NCBI GenBank assembly: GCA_016927655.1
Contig: JAFGMG010000001.1
Location: forward strand, 179,599-243,598
Source of the DNA: Candidatus Dojkabacteria bacterium
GTDB lineage: Bacteria; Patescibacteriota; Dojkabacteria; B142; JAFGMG01
Length of the DNA stretch: 64,000 bases
Direction of reading: 5' to 3'
In this document: piece by piece, positions 20,302 through 31,181 of the stretch
Numbering within the stretch: position 1 is the stretch's first letter
Layout: each line of letters opens with the position of its first letter
Made by a program: the position numbers and the translations under genes
The notes under the pieces: model-generated
What the model was told of the DNA's origin: nothing
Database searches by the model: none
What the model saw: only the letters and a program-made list of their open reading frames with translations

Positions 20302-22065
20302 CTACAAACTCCAAACAGGTTTTTTATTCAAATCCTTGTTTAGATTTGGGTTGTAATATGGGTCATTATTAATGAATCCGCTCCACTTTCCCTGCATGTA
20401 TTTATCCTCATATTCGCTGACTTGCGGATCTCTCGATTTTGATTCGTAATGATAAAGCTCTACGTATGGGGTGTAAACGTTTCTATAACCTTTTTCATAC
20501 AATTTCAAACAAAGATCAACATCATTAAATGCTAGAGGCAATTCCTCATTGAACCCTCCGACCTCATCAAATTTCGCTTTGGAGAGCATCATACAGGCAC
20601 CTGTAACTGCGAGATAGTTCCTGACGCAATGAAGCTGATTGAAATAGAAATTATTTTCTTCCGGCTGTCTATAATATGCGTGATTTGCAACCCCTCCTAC
20701 CCCTAGCAAAATTCCCGCATGCTGAACTTTCCTGTCTGGGCAAAGAAGCTTACAGCCAACGGCACCAATTTCTTTCTGCTGAGCCCACATAAGAAGGCCT
20801 GAGAGCCAATCACTATTTACTACTTTGGTGTCATTGTTAAGAAAAAGAATATAGTCTGCCCTGCTTTGTTTTGCGGCAAAATTATTTATTGCAGAGAAAT
20901 TGTACTCATGAGGATAATCGAGCACTCTTACTTTGTCTTTGATCTGGCCTAGATACTCTTTCGTCTCTTCCAGTTCGGAATTGTTATCTACAACTGTGAC
21001 TGAATAATTATTATAGGATGTATTTTCCCAGATTGATTCCAGACAGGTTTTTAGAAGTTCGATTTTGTCTTTGATCGGTATAATTATTTCAATTGACGGA
21101 CTGCCTGCTACTTCTAATACAGGAAGAAATGGATAGAAATCGTGGATTATTTCACCTTTTAATCCTCGTCTTCCTAAAGCATCTCTAAGTGCCTTTTTTG
21201 CTGAATCTATTGCATAAGACTTGCCTTTGATATCTGAAGCAGTTGATCCTTCAACTTTTCGCCAGGAGTATAACACCCAGGGAATATGTTCTATTCTTTC
21301 AGTCAGCTCCATCACCCGCAGACACAAATCGTAGTCCTGGCTGCCTTCGTAGCCTTTGCGCATTTTGCCGGATTTTTCAAAGATTTCTCTTGAATAAACG
21401 GCGTGTGTGGGATACATCATTGACCACATAAGTTCAGGTGAAAAATCCGGCTTGAACCACGGTTCTATTCTCGTGCCGAATTTATCGAGCTTATCTTCAT
21501 CGAAGTAGACCAGGTCCTGATCACCTTTTTTATTTAGTAGTTTTACAATTTCATAAAGTGCGTGCGAATGAAGTATGTCATCATTATCCATGAGCATTAG
21601 ATATTCTCCGCTTGAAATTGCAAATGCTTCATTTGTTGCGCCGGAGATATTCTGATTTTCCTCTCCAAATTTGATTTTTAATTTCCCCGTTCTGTCATTT
21701 GCCTGCAATTCTTCCAAATATTTTATTGTATTTTGATTTGTAGAAGCATCGTCATACAAGCACAGTTCCCAATTCTCGTACCATTGGCTCATGACACTTG
21801 CAACTGCCTCTTTTAGAATCTGGGAATCGACATTATAAACCGGCATAAGAATCGAGATTTTCGGAGATTTTTTGAATTCTGATATTTGCTTCCTAAAATC
21901 CTCTCCGCTCAGATATACTTTTTCAACATTTTCTATCCAAGTAGCATAAAGCTTGTTTTGATCAGGATAGATGCTCAATCTTTTCAGCTTCCCTGCTGCT
22001 CGTTTGAGCAGCCCCAAAATCCCTTCGTTTTTCAAGACTTCCTTCGATCTTTCGAAATAGTACAT
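20302..22065 (-). CDS. two-domain GT2 glycosyltransferase (rhamnan/O-antigen type)
   Basis: ISILMPVYN, DDAS, MDNDD, KPDFSP, GSQDYD; second domain IIIPIKD, FLNND, AVTGAC, NDVDLCL, HYESKSR. Confidence 0.88.
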   Translation of the reverse strand: MYYFERSKEVLKNEGILGLLKRAAGKLKRLSIYPDQNKLYATWIENVEKVYLSGEDFRKQISEFKKSPKISILMPVYNVDSQILKEAVASVMSQWYENWELCLYDDASTNQNTIKYLEELQANDRTGKLKIKFGEENQNISGATNEAFAISSGEYLMLMDNDDILHSHALYEIVKLLNKKGDQDLVYFDEDKLDKFGTRIEPWFKPDFSPELMWSMMYPTHAVYSREIFEKSGKMRKGYEGSQDYDLCLRVMELTERIEHIPWVLYSWRKVEGSTASDIKGKSYAIDSAKKALRDALGRRGLKGEIIHDFYPFLPVLEVAGSPSIEIIIPIKDKIELLKTCLESIWENTSYNNYSVTVVDNNSELEETKEYLGQIKDKVRVLDYPHEYNFSAINNFAAKQSRADYILFLNNDTKVVNSDWLSGLLMWAQQKEIGAVGCKLLCPDRKVQHAGILLGVGGVANHAYYRQPEENNFYFNQLHCVRNYLAVTGACMMLSKAKFDEVGGFNEELPLAFNDVDLCLKLYEKGYRNVYTPYVELYHYESKSRDPQVSEYEDKYMQGKWSGFINNDPYYNPNLNKDLNKKPVWSL

Positions 22066-22127
22066 TTTGTTAGTATATAAAGATGAAATTCGTTATAATT
22101 ATACGCTTAAATCACTGAAACTTTATC

Positions 22128-23363
22128 ATGCAGAGCAAAAAAAGGAAACCTTCAATTGCGTATGTGATGGGATTTATGGGAATTTGTGGGGGTAATAAAA
22201 TAATCTACGAGCATGCCAATAGACTTGCCAAGCAGGGCCTGAGCGTATATTTACTTCATCTAAACGATGGAAAAGATCGAGGCTGGTTTAAAATTAACCC
22301 GAAGGTGAAAATTCTGCCTTTCAAGAACAGCAGAGAGTGGATCGATAAAATTGATATCATAATTGCAACTTTCAATGAGACTTTCTGGGATATTATAGAT
22401 TTGCCTGATACGATCAAAAAAGCATACTTTGTGCAGAGTGACGAAAGAAGGTTTTATGAAAAGGGATCGCTAGGGGAATATTTATCGAATGCGACGTATA
22501 CTTTCAAAAATGTATATTATTATACTGAAGCAGTCTGGATGCAGGAATGGTTGAAAGCTGAGTTTGAGATTGACGCTCCGATTTTCAAAAATAGAATTAA
22601 CAAAGAGCAATTTTTCCCGGATCCTGATTTGGAACTCAAATCAGATAAAGTAGTAGTCCTTGTTGAAGGCAATGCTACCACTCCTAAAAAGGGCGTCCAG
22701 GATGCAGCAAAAGCTCTTGAGGATATTGATTGTGAAAAATGGCTCTTAACTAATACTGCCGAGAACGAACTCCCAGATTATACAAAGATATTTAACAAGA
22801 CGTTTTGTTTGCCACAACAGGAAAAAATCAGGAAGATATATTCATCTGCCGATCTACTTGTGAAACCTTCATATTTTGAAGGCTCTCCTCTGCCTCATAT
22901 GGAAGCGATGTGCTGCGGGACTGCCGTTTTGACAACTGATTGCACCGGGGTAAGTGAATACTGCAGACATTTAAAAAACTCCTATATTGTCAAACTGGGG
23001 GATACAAAACAGATGAGAGAGGCTATTAAACTGCTTATACAAGACCCCGAATTAAGAAAAAACCTAGCAAGAGGCGGACTCAAAACAGCAGAAGAGTTCC
23101 TGTATGACTGGGATAGCGAGATCGCTAAAGAAATTGAATTTTTTAGTAGAATCCACGAGACAACTTCCCAAAAAGTAGTTTTTTCAGAAAATATAACCCG
23201 GAAATCACTAGAACATGAATATTTCCTCCGGAAGCAAAATCTATATACCCGAATCGTTTCTCTGGAAAATAAATTTAATACCCTCACCAGGATTCCGAAG
23301 TTTTTCTACAAACCGCTAAATAGATTACTAAAACGAACGAAGATGAACAAACCTGCAAAATGA
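22128..23363 (+). CDS. glycosyltransferase family 4
   Basis: GGNKIIYEHANRL, KKG, YSSADLLVKPSYFEGSPLPHMEAMCCG. Confidence 0.85.
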   Translation: MQSKKRKPSIAYVMGFMGICGGNKIIYEHANRLAKQGLSVYLLHLNDGKDRGWFKINPKVKILPFKNSREWIDKIDIIIATFNETFWDIIDLPDTIKKAYFVQSDERRFYEKGSLGEYLSNATYTFKNVYYYTEAVWMQEWLKAEFEIDAPIFKNRINKEQFFPDPDLELKSDKVVVLVEGNATTPKKGVQDAAKALEDIDCEKWLLTNTAENELPDYTKIFNKTFCLPQQEKIRKIYSSADLLVKPSYFEGSPLPHMEAMCCGTAVLTTDCTGVSEYCRHLKNSYIVKLGDTKQMREAIKLLIQDPELRKNLARGGLKTAEEFLYDWDSEIAKEIEFFSRIHETTSQKVVFSENITRKSLEHEYFLRKQNLYTRIVSLENKFNTLTRIPKFFYKPLNRLLKRTKMNKPAK

Positions 23364-23376
23364 ACACAACTCTTTT

Positions 23377-26283
23377 TTAAGAGCTTCTATATTTGAGAAT
23401 CTCTATTAATTCTTTCCCAAGCTTTTTAATGTCAAATTGTTTCACATATTTCTTCAGGCTTTCCCCTCTATACCAGTTTTTTGCCAATACCTTTTTAAGT
23501 TCCTGCGTTAATTCCTGTTGATCAAGTTTTGTAACAAAATACGCATTCTCCCCTTCTACTAGCACTTCCTTTTTTGCTCCCGCATCTGTTGCAATAACAG
23601 GAAGACCCATTGCCAGGGCTTCCATAATACTTGGGGGCATTCCTTCTATTTGGGATATTTGTACAAATACATCGCTAATGGCATACAACTCCCTAGGATC
23701 ATCCATAAAACTAAAGAGATTAACATTATCCCCTATGTTAAGACTTTCTATCAAATTCTCCAACTCATTTTTTTGTCCTCCTTCTCCGGCAAGTATTAGA
23801 CGAACCGGATCGAAACGTTCATCACTTTTAATTAGTTCTGCAAAACTCCTAACTAATAAGTCAAGATTTTTTACTGGTGACATTCTTCCTATGTAGCAGA
23901 ATACAAAACTGTCTTTGTAGATAGAGTATTTTTCTCTTATTCTCGACTTATCGAATAAACTACTATCAAAATATTCAAGGTCAATTGGAGTTGGCAGAAA
24001 TCTTACTTTTTTCTCAGATATCCCAAAATGTTCTCGGTAATGATCCTTTATCTTATTATTATTTACTATATGAAGGTCTAAAAATGTATCTTTTTCGATA
24101 GATAAGTCAAGGCACCCGTATTCACTATCATTATAAATGATATCGAAAATTCTTATTTTTGGATTTAACTTTAAACTTCCGATATTCATGTAGGCATACC
24201 TGCTATTGCTAATAATAATTTCCTCTATTGAATATTTTGTTATCTGCTCTGAAATAAAATCAAGCCAATACTTCTGATCAAGAATATTAGGAAGATTAAA
24301 AATACCAATTACATTTTGAGCCAGCTTACTATAAACATAGTCCTGTGCCGGAATGGTACCAATAATTATAAATTTATAACCATATTTTTCAGCTTCGTTT
24401 ATGTAGTTCATCCAGAACCTCTCTGCGCCTCCTCCTCCCACATTCGGAACAATCAATAGCACCACTTTTTCTTTTAAATTAATTTCTTTGTCATTATTAA
24501 ATTTAGCCATTTGGAATTTTGGCTTTTTCTTATTTTGTTTGCCGGCAGGCTTGTAATGGTCTACAGTATAAATATCTGGATGCAGTCTTCTGATCTTTAT
24601 CTTTAGGACATCATCTATCTTATTCGCTTTTTCACTCAAACTTTCGTTGGAATGTTTTCGATAATAGAATAACGGTTCCGGTATTTTGTACCCTACCCAT
24701 CCTGTTTTTGATATGCTTAGCCAAAATTCCCAATCTTCGTGAGCATTTTTCATTTCTTCCTTATAACCTCCAACCTCTTCCCAGCAGACTTTTCTAAATG
24801 CAGACGCAGTGAAAATTTGATTATGCACTTTTAAATGGTCTGGTTCAAAAACACCCGCAGGATAAATTGTATTTTCTTTGCCGAACATCTGAAGGTCACT
24901 AAATACCACACCTACTTCAGGCATTGTTTCGAATACCCATATACACTTTTCTAAATAGGACTTCTCAAGTTTATCATCGGCATCAAGGCAGATAATGTAT
25001 TTACCCTTCGCCATACCTATTCCTTTATTCCTTGAGTAAACAACTCCTTTATTTGATGAATTGCGAGAGACTTGAATCGGTATCTCAGAATCCATTTCCT
25101 GGATTTCCTTTAATATCTTCTGAGTTGTTTTATCGTCTGAATTATCGTCAATAATAATTATCTCGGTCCTCTTCCATGTTTGCTTTTGGATACTAAGGAT
25201 TGCCTCAGGCAGTAACCGGCCGTAGTTATAACAGGGGATTATTACCGAGATAACTGGGATTTCTTCTGAAATGTGCTGCTGCCCTTCAATCCTATAATAT
25301 CTTCCCTCCCCTCTTGTAAATTTTCTTATGCGGGAGATGACTCGGGCAATTTTTGAATCAACAATAAAATTCTTCATTCGATCAATCAGCCTTTCAATGC
25401 GAGATAAAACAAGATTATTCCCAATAACTACATCAAAATTCCGATCTGTCCGCAAACTTATATCTTCCAATCTGTTAAATTTTTTGTTATTAAAATCCTT
25501 TTCCTTCAAATCTTTAATCACAATGTCTTTGTATAATAAATCCCTGTCTTTTGCTTTTAGCACATCAACAAGGTATTTCTGATATAACTCTTTATGCTTT
25601 GCGTAAATATATGCAAGATTATCCTGAATTTTCAGTGGATCGTTTCTTAGAGCTCCGAGCATTGATGCTTTTCTGACACGGTAAGAGAAGAGTATTTCCG
25701 GGATTGTGTATACCTTTGCCCCATGAGAAAGGCAGTTTATCCAGAACTCCCAATCTTCATAGCCATCCCGCATAGATTGATCATAACCTCCAACTTCCTC
25801 CCAAATTTGCCTCCTATACATAGAGGCCACCTGTATGTTATTTTTATAAAGCAAAAATGGGAGCTTTGCATTGTTTAATTCAATTACACTTTACGTTTCT
25901 CCAAATGTACGCATCCATGTATTTACAACGTGAATTTCAGGATGTTTATCGAGATAATCACATGCCTTCTTTAAAAAACTCGGATGATATTCATCATCAG
26001 CGTCTATACAACAGATATATCCCCCGGTCGCGCTTTTGATCCCCGTATTTCTTGCACCGGGCAATCCCATGTTCTTTTGTTGAATGATCTTTATATCCGG
26101 CCTTTTATTTCTTAAATTCTCTAACTTCGCGATAGAAAACTCATCCGTGCTTCCGTCATTAACTATTACTATCTCAAATTCCTTCAAAGTTTGTTTCTCA
26201 AGGGATATCATAAAGGAGTCAATGAATTCTCCCATATTATAATAGGGAACTATTACACTAATTTTTGTTTTCTTTTTCACCAT
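23377..26283 (-). pseudogene. GT2-GT2-GT4 multidomain glycosyltransferase interrupted by one in-frame TAA (25891-25893)
   Basis: ORFs 25891..26283 and 23377..25854 are in the same frame; reading through gives WMRTFGET*SVIELNNAKLPFLLYKNNIQVASMYRRQIW, which aligns without gaps to intact paralogue 32384..35305. Confidence 0.8.
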
Positions 26284-26291
26284 GATCTCTT

Positions 26292-26343
26292 ATTTATCAT
26301 TTATCATTTATCATTTATCATTTATCATTTATCATTTATCATT
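26292..26343. repeat. heptamer microsatellite (ATTTATC)x7 + ATT; minus strand (ATGATAA)n
   Basis: Directly visible perfect tandem repeat spanning the stop of the upstream gene and ending 8 nt before ATG 26283. Confidence 0.97.
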
Positions 26344-27440
26344 AAATGGTCCAGGTTATCAATTATACTACGGACTTCTCCTTTCACTCTATCTACAATC
26401 TTAAACATTTTTTCATAATCCTCTCTCACATCAATTCCCTTTTTTTTATAATCGAAAGAGATTTTTTCTAATTGATCCAGATTAGTAATTGTATATTTTT
26501 CACTCAAAATACCATAGCCCTGAAGAGCTTTCGCCTTCTGCTTATAAAAATCATTCATGGCCACAAGATACAAAGGGCACTGCAATCTATTTCTAGCAAT
26601 CATATAAGTGTGGTACGAATTGACTATTCCAAAAGAATAATCTCTCAATGCAAACAGCCTTTTGGAAAAATCTATTACATATTTGTAATTGACTTTAAGA
26701 TTAAGCCCAAGTTCATCGTATAGACACTTTGCTTCTCTTACTTTAGATATATCTTTATTAAAACTGCTATACATATCAATACGATACTTTTTGCCAATTT
26801 TATTAAGGAATCTTTTATATTTTCCTGCTATTTCTTTTTTAAATCCCTCATCAGCATCATACATATAATCGTTTAAAGAAAGCTGTACAAATGCCTTTTT
26901 TGATGGCCGGCTCAATGCTCGATAAATCGAATCTCTTCGTTTAGTTCTCTGTAAATGGAAAAATGCCTCATCACAAATATATGCATCTTTCACTCCCATT
27001 AGTTTCCGGGATGCCTCCCCTCTGTATGATACCCACTTAAAATATTTTGGAGATCTGCCTATTTGTTTCCTGTATTTTTTATAAAAAGTCTCATCAATTT
27101 GGATCCCAGTTACAATCAACGGTATTTTCAAATCCTTTAGCTTGACAATTAATTTTAAAAAATCATCTCCCCAATATTTATTTAAATAGCCTCCGCCATA
27201 CATATGTACACAATCTATTCCCTCATTGCTTTTTAGTCTAGTCATAAAATCCTCATAGTTTTCCAATTTGATGCCCGGCAGAGCCTCTTGTATTCTTTGT
27301 TTGCCATCCTTGTAGTGCAAAAACACCACCCTCACGTTATCTAATTTCTCGTAGAAGTCTATCCAAACCCTGGCTTGTATAACATCACCAAAATTATCAT
27401 TTATCATAAAGCCCCCAATCAGGTATATCGTTTTTTCCAT
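26325..27440 (-). CDS. polysaccharide pyruvyl transferase-like protein
   Basis: N-terminal NFGDVIQ, central YGGGYL, SYRGEAS and SYH motifs resembling PS_pyruv_trans. Confidence 0.6.
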   Translation of the reverse strand: MEKTIYLIGGFMINDNFGDVIQARVWIDFYEKLDNVRVVFLHYKDGKQRIQEALPGIKLENYEDFMTRLKSNEGIDCVHMYGGGYLNKYWGDDFLKLIVKLKDLKIPLIVTGIQIDETFYKKYRKQIGRSPKYFKWVSYRGEASRKLMGVKDAYICDEAFFHLQRTKRRDSIYRALSRPSKKAFVQLSLNDYMYDADEGFKKEIAGKYKRFLNKIGKKYRIDMYSSFNKDISKVREAKCLYDELGLNLKVNYKYVIDFSKRLFALRDYSFGIVNSYHTYMIARNRLQCPLYLVAMNDFYKQKAKALQGYGILSEKYTITNLDQLEKISFDYKKKGIDVREDYEKMFKIVDRVKGEVRSIIDNLDHLMINDK

Positions 27441-28645
27441 CTGCTAATTCTAATTAGTTTTATTAAATAAATAATTTTATAGTAGATATTATTCTTACGA
27501 AATATTTCTTGATAGCTCCGAGAAATATAACGCCTTAAAGACTCCTTTAACTGTCCCTCGTCATTTCCTAAATGTTTTAAAAAATACTCCCACACATAAA
27601 TCCTGTGCTTTGGAGAAGTATCAATACTATCGAAATCACTCTCATCTATATTATGTTTAAATTTCTCAAACTTATTTAAAACTCCGTATATTTTCAACTG
27701 CAGCATTGTCCGCAGGCATTTTTCACACTGGGAGCAATTATATTGGTTCCCGATATTTCTCCAGCATACTCGTAAATATTTTCGAACAAGAAGATTGTCT
27801 TTTATATCTTTGATCTTCTCTATCCTACTTAAAGCTGACCCATAAGGAATAAACTTTAGAGATGAATTCGACCAAAGAGGATCCATATCTGGATGGGTCC
27901 CATATGCTGCCCCGGTAATGTATGAATCAGAAGAATTTATGTATACTTGTCCAAACAAATTTCTGAATATAAGTGCTGCTGCTGCTAAACCAGCGCCATG
28001 ACACATTTCCCATTCATTTGCACTATTTACCGGGAACAAATTTAGGAATTCTCGATAATTAGTTTGTACGATGATAGATCTCAATCCTGTTGCCTTTGAT
28101 ATTCCATCTAAAGAATTTAAAAATTCTTTGGATAGTTTCTTGTTTTCTATATCAATATCATAGCCAATTATACTTAGTAGGTATTTCAGATTTGTCTTCT
28201 TGTCTTTTTGCAAATTAAGCATCGTATAGAAAGAATCAACTCCAGCAGTAAAAAACATTGCGGAAGACTTTTCTTTCTTTATTCGCAAGCTTTTTGGTGA
28301 GCTTTTTGCCTGTCTTTGATCTGTTCGAATTTCAATAGTATTTAACTTTTTGTGCCAGCTGTCAGATACCTCCCAAGGTCTAATTAATTTTTGCAGTTTA
28401 TCAATATTATCCAGAAAGGCCTCATCCACAGCACCATTTATTTGTATATTTTCCGGTATTCCCATTGATGGGATCAAAACTGCTGCAAGAAACCCGTCAT
28501 ATGATTTCGAAAGGAATTTAGAATATTGCTTATTTACCTCAAAATACAATTCAAAATTTTTAACACCAACCTTTTCATAACTCAGCGTTACAGAAACCCT
28601 GGTACTGTTAGTATTCTTCTTAATCCTTAAATTCTCTATTAGCAT
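27419..28645 (-). CDS. PP-loop (adenine nucleotide alpha-hydrolase-like) protein with C-terminal Cys cluster, unknown glycan-modifying function
   Basis: FFTAGVDSFYT (SGGxDS-like), HG, GTHPDMDPLWS, RIEKI, LRVCW...NCSQCEKCLRT. Confidence 0.55.
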   Translation of the reverse strand: MLIENLRIKKNTNSTRVSVTLSYEKVGVKNFELYFEVNKQYSKFLSKSYDGFLAAVLIPSMGIPENIQINGAVDEAFLDNIDKLQKLIRPWEVSDSWHKKLNTIEIRTDQRQAKSSPKSLRIKKEKSSAMFFTAGVDSFYTMLNLQKDKKTNLKYLLSIIGYDIDIENKKLSKEFLNSLDGISKATGLRSIIVQTNYREFLNLFPVNSANEWEMCHGAGLAAAALIFRNLFGQVYINSSDSYITGAAYGTHPDMDPLWSNSSLKFIPYGSALSRIEKIKDIKDNLLVRKYLRVCWRNIGNQYNCSQCEKCLRTMLQLKIYGVLNKFEKFKHNIDESDFDSIDTSPKHRIYVWEYFLKHLGNDEGQLKESLRRYISRSYQEIFRKNNIYYKIIYLIKLIRISRWKKRYT

Positions 28646-28697
28646 GAAGACTTCTACTAATGGTATGATTTTATCATCTGGGGTTCTTTAGTTCTAA

Positions 28698-29510
28698 TTA
28701 CCGATAAAGTTTTCTAACGAAAGTGATAGCATTCTTTATACTGCCAATGTTATTACCCTCTAGATTTTTCATTTCGATCGATACCCATTCTTTGTAATTA
28801 AATTCTCTTAGACAAGTATGTATTTTTTCATGGTACGTATTTGTGGGATCCACCGGCGCTAGAAATGGTTCACTTATATGCACATGCCCAATGTATTTGA
28901 TATTTTCCAAAGTAAAGAATGATAGATCTTCTTTGTTTAAAGCTATTGTTCCACTATCAATATTGATTTTCAGATTCAAATGGTTGATTTTTTTTACAAA
29001 ATCCAAAGCTTCAATTGTAGTGTTTAGAAAATTTGTTCCGTAAGCGGCAGGATTTGGCTCAATGCATACGTTTGTCCCTGCATTTTCTGCGAAATTGGCA
29101 AGTTTGCCAAAAAATTCCCCTCCTATTTCGTGTATTTCGTTTTGCTTTAGACCTTTTGGAATTATTCTATTTTTTGGCGAGCCGAAAACAAGAGCACGAA
29201 TACCAAGGTCTCCTGTAATTTTTATTCCATCAAAAAGGTATTGAAGAATTTTTTTTCGGCTCGCTTCTCTATCCCAGATATTTAATTCCGGCTTACCAAA
29301 GAGTAGAGATTGCATAGCAACTGGGCATATTTGGTATTTTTTTAGTGTCCTTTCGAAATCAACCAACTCTTCTTTGCTGACTTTACTAATATCCCCCCAA
29401 ACTTTTGTCGGGGCAATTTCCAAGCCATGGAAATTATTTTCCTGCATGAAATTATAAACAGTTTCATTTTCCGAATTTTCCCAGGCGATATTTGATATTG
29501 CTAAGTTCAT
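28698..29510 (-). CDS. sugar phosphate isomerase/epimerase (AP-endonuclease-2 TIM barrel)
   Basis: LAISNIAW, GLEIAPT, LVFGSPKNR, IEPNP, DSG, HVHISEP, SIEM metal-binding pattern. Confidence 0.8.
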   Translation of the reverse strand: MNLAISNIAWENSENETVYNFMQENNFHGLEIAPTKVWGDISKVSKEELVDFERTLKKYQICPVAMQSLLFGKPELNIWDREASRKKILQYLFDGIKITGDLGIRALVFGSPKNRIIPKGLKQNEIHEIGGEFFGKLANFAENAGTNVCIEPNPAAYGTNFLNTTIEALDFVKKINHLNLKINIDSGTIALNKEDLSFFTLENIKYIGHVHISEPFLAPVDPTNTYHEKIHTCLREFNYKEWVSIEMKNLEGNNIGSIKNAITFVRKLYR

Positions 29511-30268
29511 TTTTTCCCAATAAAGGCTTTAATCTGTTCTATTATCTCCTCTTTTGTATAGATATAACCATCTTTACCTCCAAACAATTCTGCATGTATC
29601 GTCTTTACATTGTAGCAAGCAGGTAGTTTATGTTTGGGGGCATTTTTAAATTTCATATCGAAACATTTTTGCGCAACCTCCTTGGCAGTGATAGGTTCAG
29701 ATGTGATATTTACAAGATCAAGATTTTTCCCCAAAGCAATTGTAATGATCTCCCATAAGTTTTTTAGAGCAAAAAACTGAAAGAGACTATCTTCATGTGT
29801 ATAGTCTAGAGCGTGATTATTTAACATATCAAAAATGAAATTTTTTTTCAGTCCTTCGCCAAATAATCCTGGCAACCTGATTATAAGGTGGTTCTTAAAA
29901 TTGCTCTTTACAAATTCTTCCAACAAAAGCCTGTGTTTACCATAAGGATGCAGGCCTTTTTGTCGCATTTTGCTTTTCTCATCAACATTATATGGAGTTT
30001 TGTAAACATCAATAGTAGAAATCTGCACAAATTGCTCCGTATTTATGTTTTTAATATCATCGATGAGCTGGTTTACAATCCTGAGATCATTATCCGGGAA
30101 CTGATTTGCCTCCCATTTGACTGCTGATGGGGCTGCACAAACAACTAAATCGTAGTTATTTCTTTTAATTTTTTCTATATTTCTACTATTGAATAGATAT
30201 TCAAAATCAGTCTGCCGCTGCAAATTGCCGCCAACAAATCCCGTGCTGCCAATTAGTGCTTTACTCAT
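29507..30268 (-). CDS. NAD(P)-dependent epimerase/reductase (atypical short SDR)
   Basis: ALIGSTGFVGGNL, ISTIDVY, YGKHR (YxxxR), IRLPGLFG. Confidence 0.8.
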   Translation of the reverse strand: MSKALIGSTGFVGGNLQRQTDFEYLFNSRNIEKIKRNNYDLVVCAAPSAVKWEANQFPDNDLRIVNQLIDDIKNINTEQFVQISTIDVYKTPYNVDEKSKMRQKGLHPYGKHRLLLEEFVKSNFKNHLIIRLPGLFGEGLKKNFIFDMLNNHALDYTHEDSLFQFFALKNLWEIITIALGKNLDLVNITSEPITAKEVAQKCFDMKFKNAPKHKLPACYNVKTIHAELFGGKDGYIYTKEEIIEQIKAFIGKK

Positions 30269-31181
30269 TATTTATTCTCTCAATTGAACGAATTATGTAG
30301 CCAGATCCTTCTTTTGTATCGCGCAAAATAGTCTCAAGGTATTTTATAATAAAAACCGATAGAGTGAGCATGCCTGTAAATCCAAAAATCCCCATAAGAA
30401 TAGTTAATTTTATCAATATTTCAAAATTCAGTTGAATAAATGCGAATACCAAAGAAACTACAAAAGACAACGCAAAAATGACAAGAAGAACCGATGAAAA
30501 AATTACCGGGATGTTTGAATAACTTACCACAACATCCAAAGCAAATGATAACCTAGTTATCAACGACCCATCTCTTTTGATTTTACTTTTACTTTTAGGG
30601 GTGTATTTTATAAGTGTATTTTTGAACCCAGTGTATTTATATAAAATTTTTCGATACCTTGATCTTCCCTTAGCCCTCACTGTTGCATTGATTGCTCTTC
30701 TGCTCACTAGCCTTACATTTTCAGGCTTTAAATCATATTTCAAATGCCCAGCGATATTGACCATCATATAAAAAATTCTTGTTCCTAATCCTTGGAATCT
30801 CTGTGCGCTTCCTGCGACAACATCATATCCCTGATCTGCTTTGTCCATCAGATCTCTTAATAATTTCAATGAATAATCTACATTTCTCAGATCTATTTCA
30901 TACACGAAATCACCAATAGAGAGATCTATGCCTGCCTTTATCCCAGCCTCTACCCCCTGTTTCCAGGCCATTGTGATTAGAGTAAATGGCACAAAAACAG
31001 ATTCGCCAGCCTTTACAATTTCTTTTATTGTGCCATCCCGGCTCGCATCATCGATAATTATAATCTCAAAGTTTTCAAAATATCGATCAAGATAATTATA
31101 AATTCTCAATACCAGATTCTTGACTGTCGATTCTTCTTCATATACGTATGCAACCAAAGAAACAAAGCTTTGTTTTTTCAT
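30261..31181 (-). CDS. GT2 GtrB/ArnC-like polyprenyl-phosphate glycosyltransferase
   Basis: FEIIIIDDASRDGT, AGID..IGDFV, GYDVVAG, RLVSRRAIN; two C-terminal TM helices; DxD motif degenerate (EIDLRNVD). Confidence 0.7.
   Translation of the reverse strand: MKKQSFVSLVAYVYEEESTVKNLVLRIYNYLDRYFENFEIIIIDDASRDGTIKEIVKAGESVFVPFTLITMAWKQGVEAGIKAGIDLSIGDFVYEIDLRNVDYSLKLLRDLMDKADQGYDVVAGSAQRFQGLGTRIFYMMVNIAGHLKYDLKPENVRLVSRRAINATVRAKGRSRYRKILYKYTGFKNTLIKYTPKSKSKIKRDGSLITRLSFALDVVVSYSNIPVIFSSVLLVIFALSFVVSLVFAFIQLNFEILIKLTILMGIFGFTGMLTLSVFIIKYLETILRDTKEGSGYIIRSIERINNE

Noticed and set aside
25891..25893. Stop-codon reassignment or programmed frameshift
   Set aside because: Both parts are in the same frame, so no shift is needed. 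TAA, TGA and TAG all end other genes at expected positions, so there is no sign of an alternative code.
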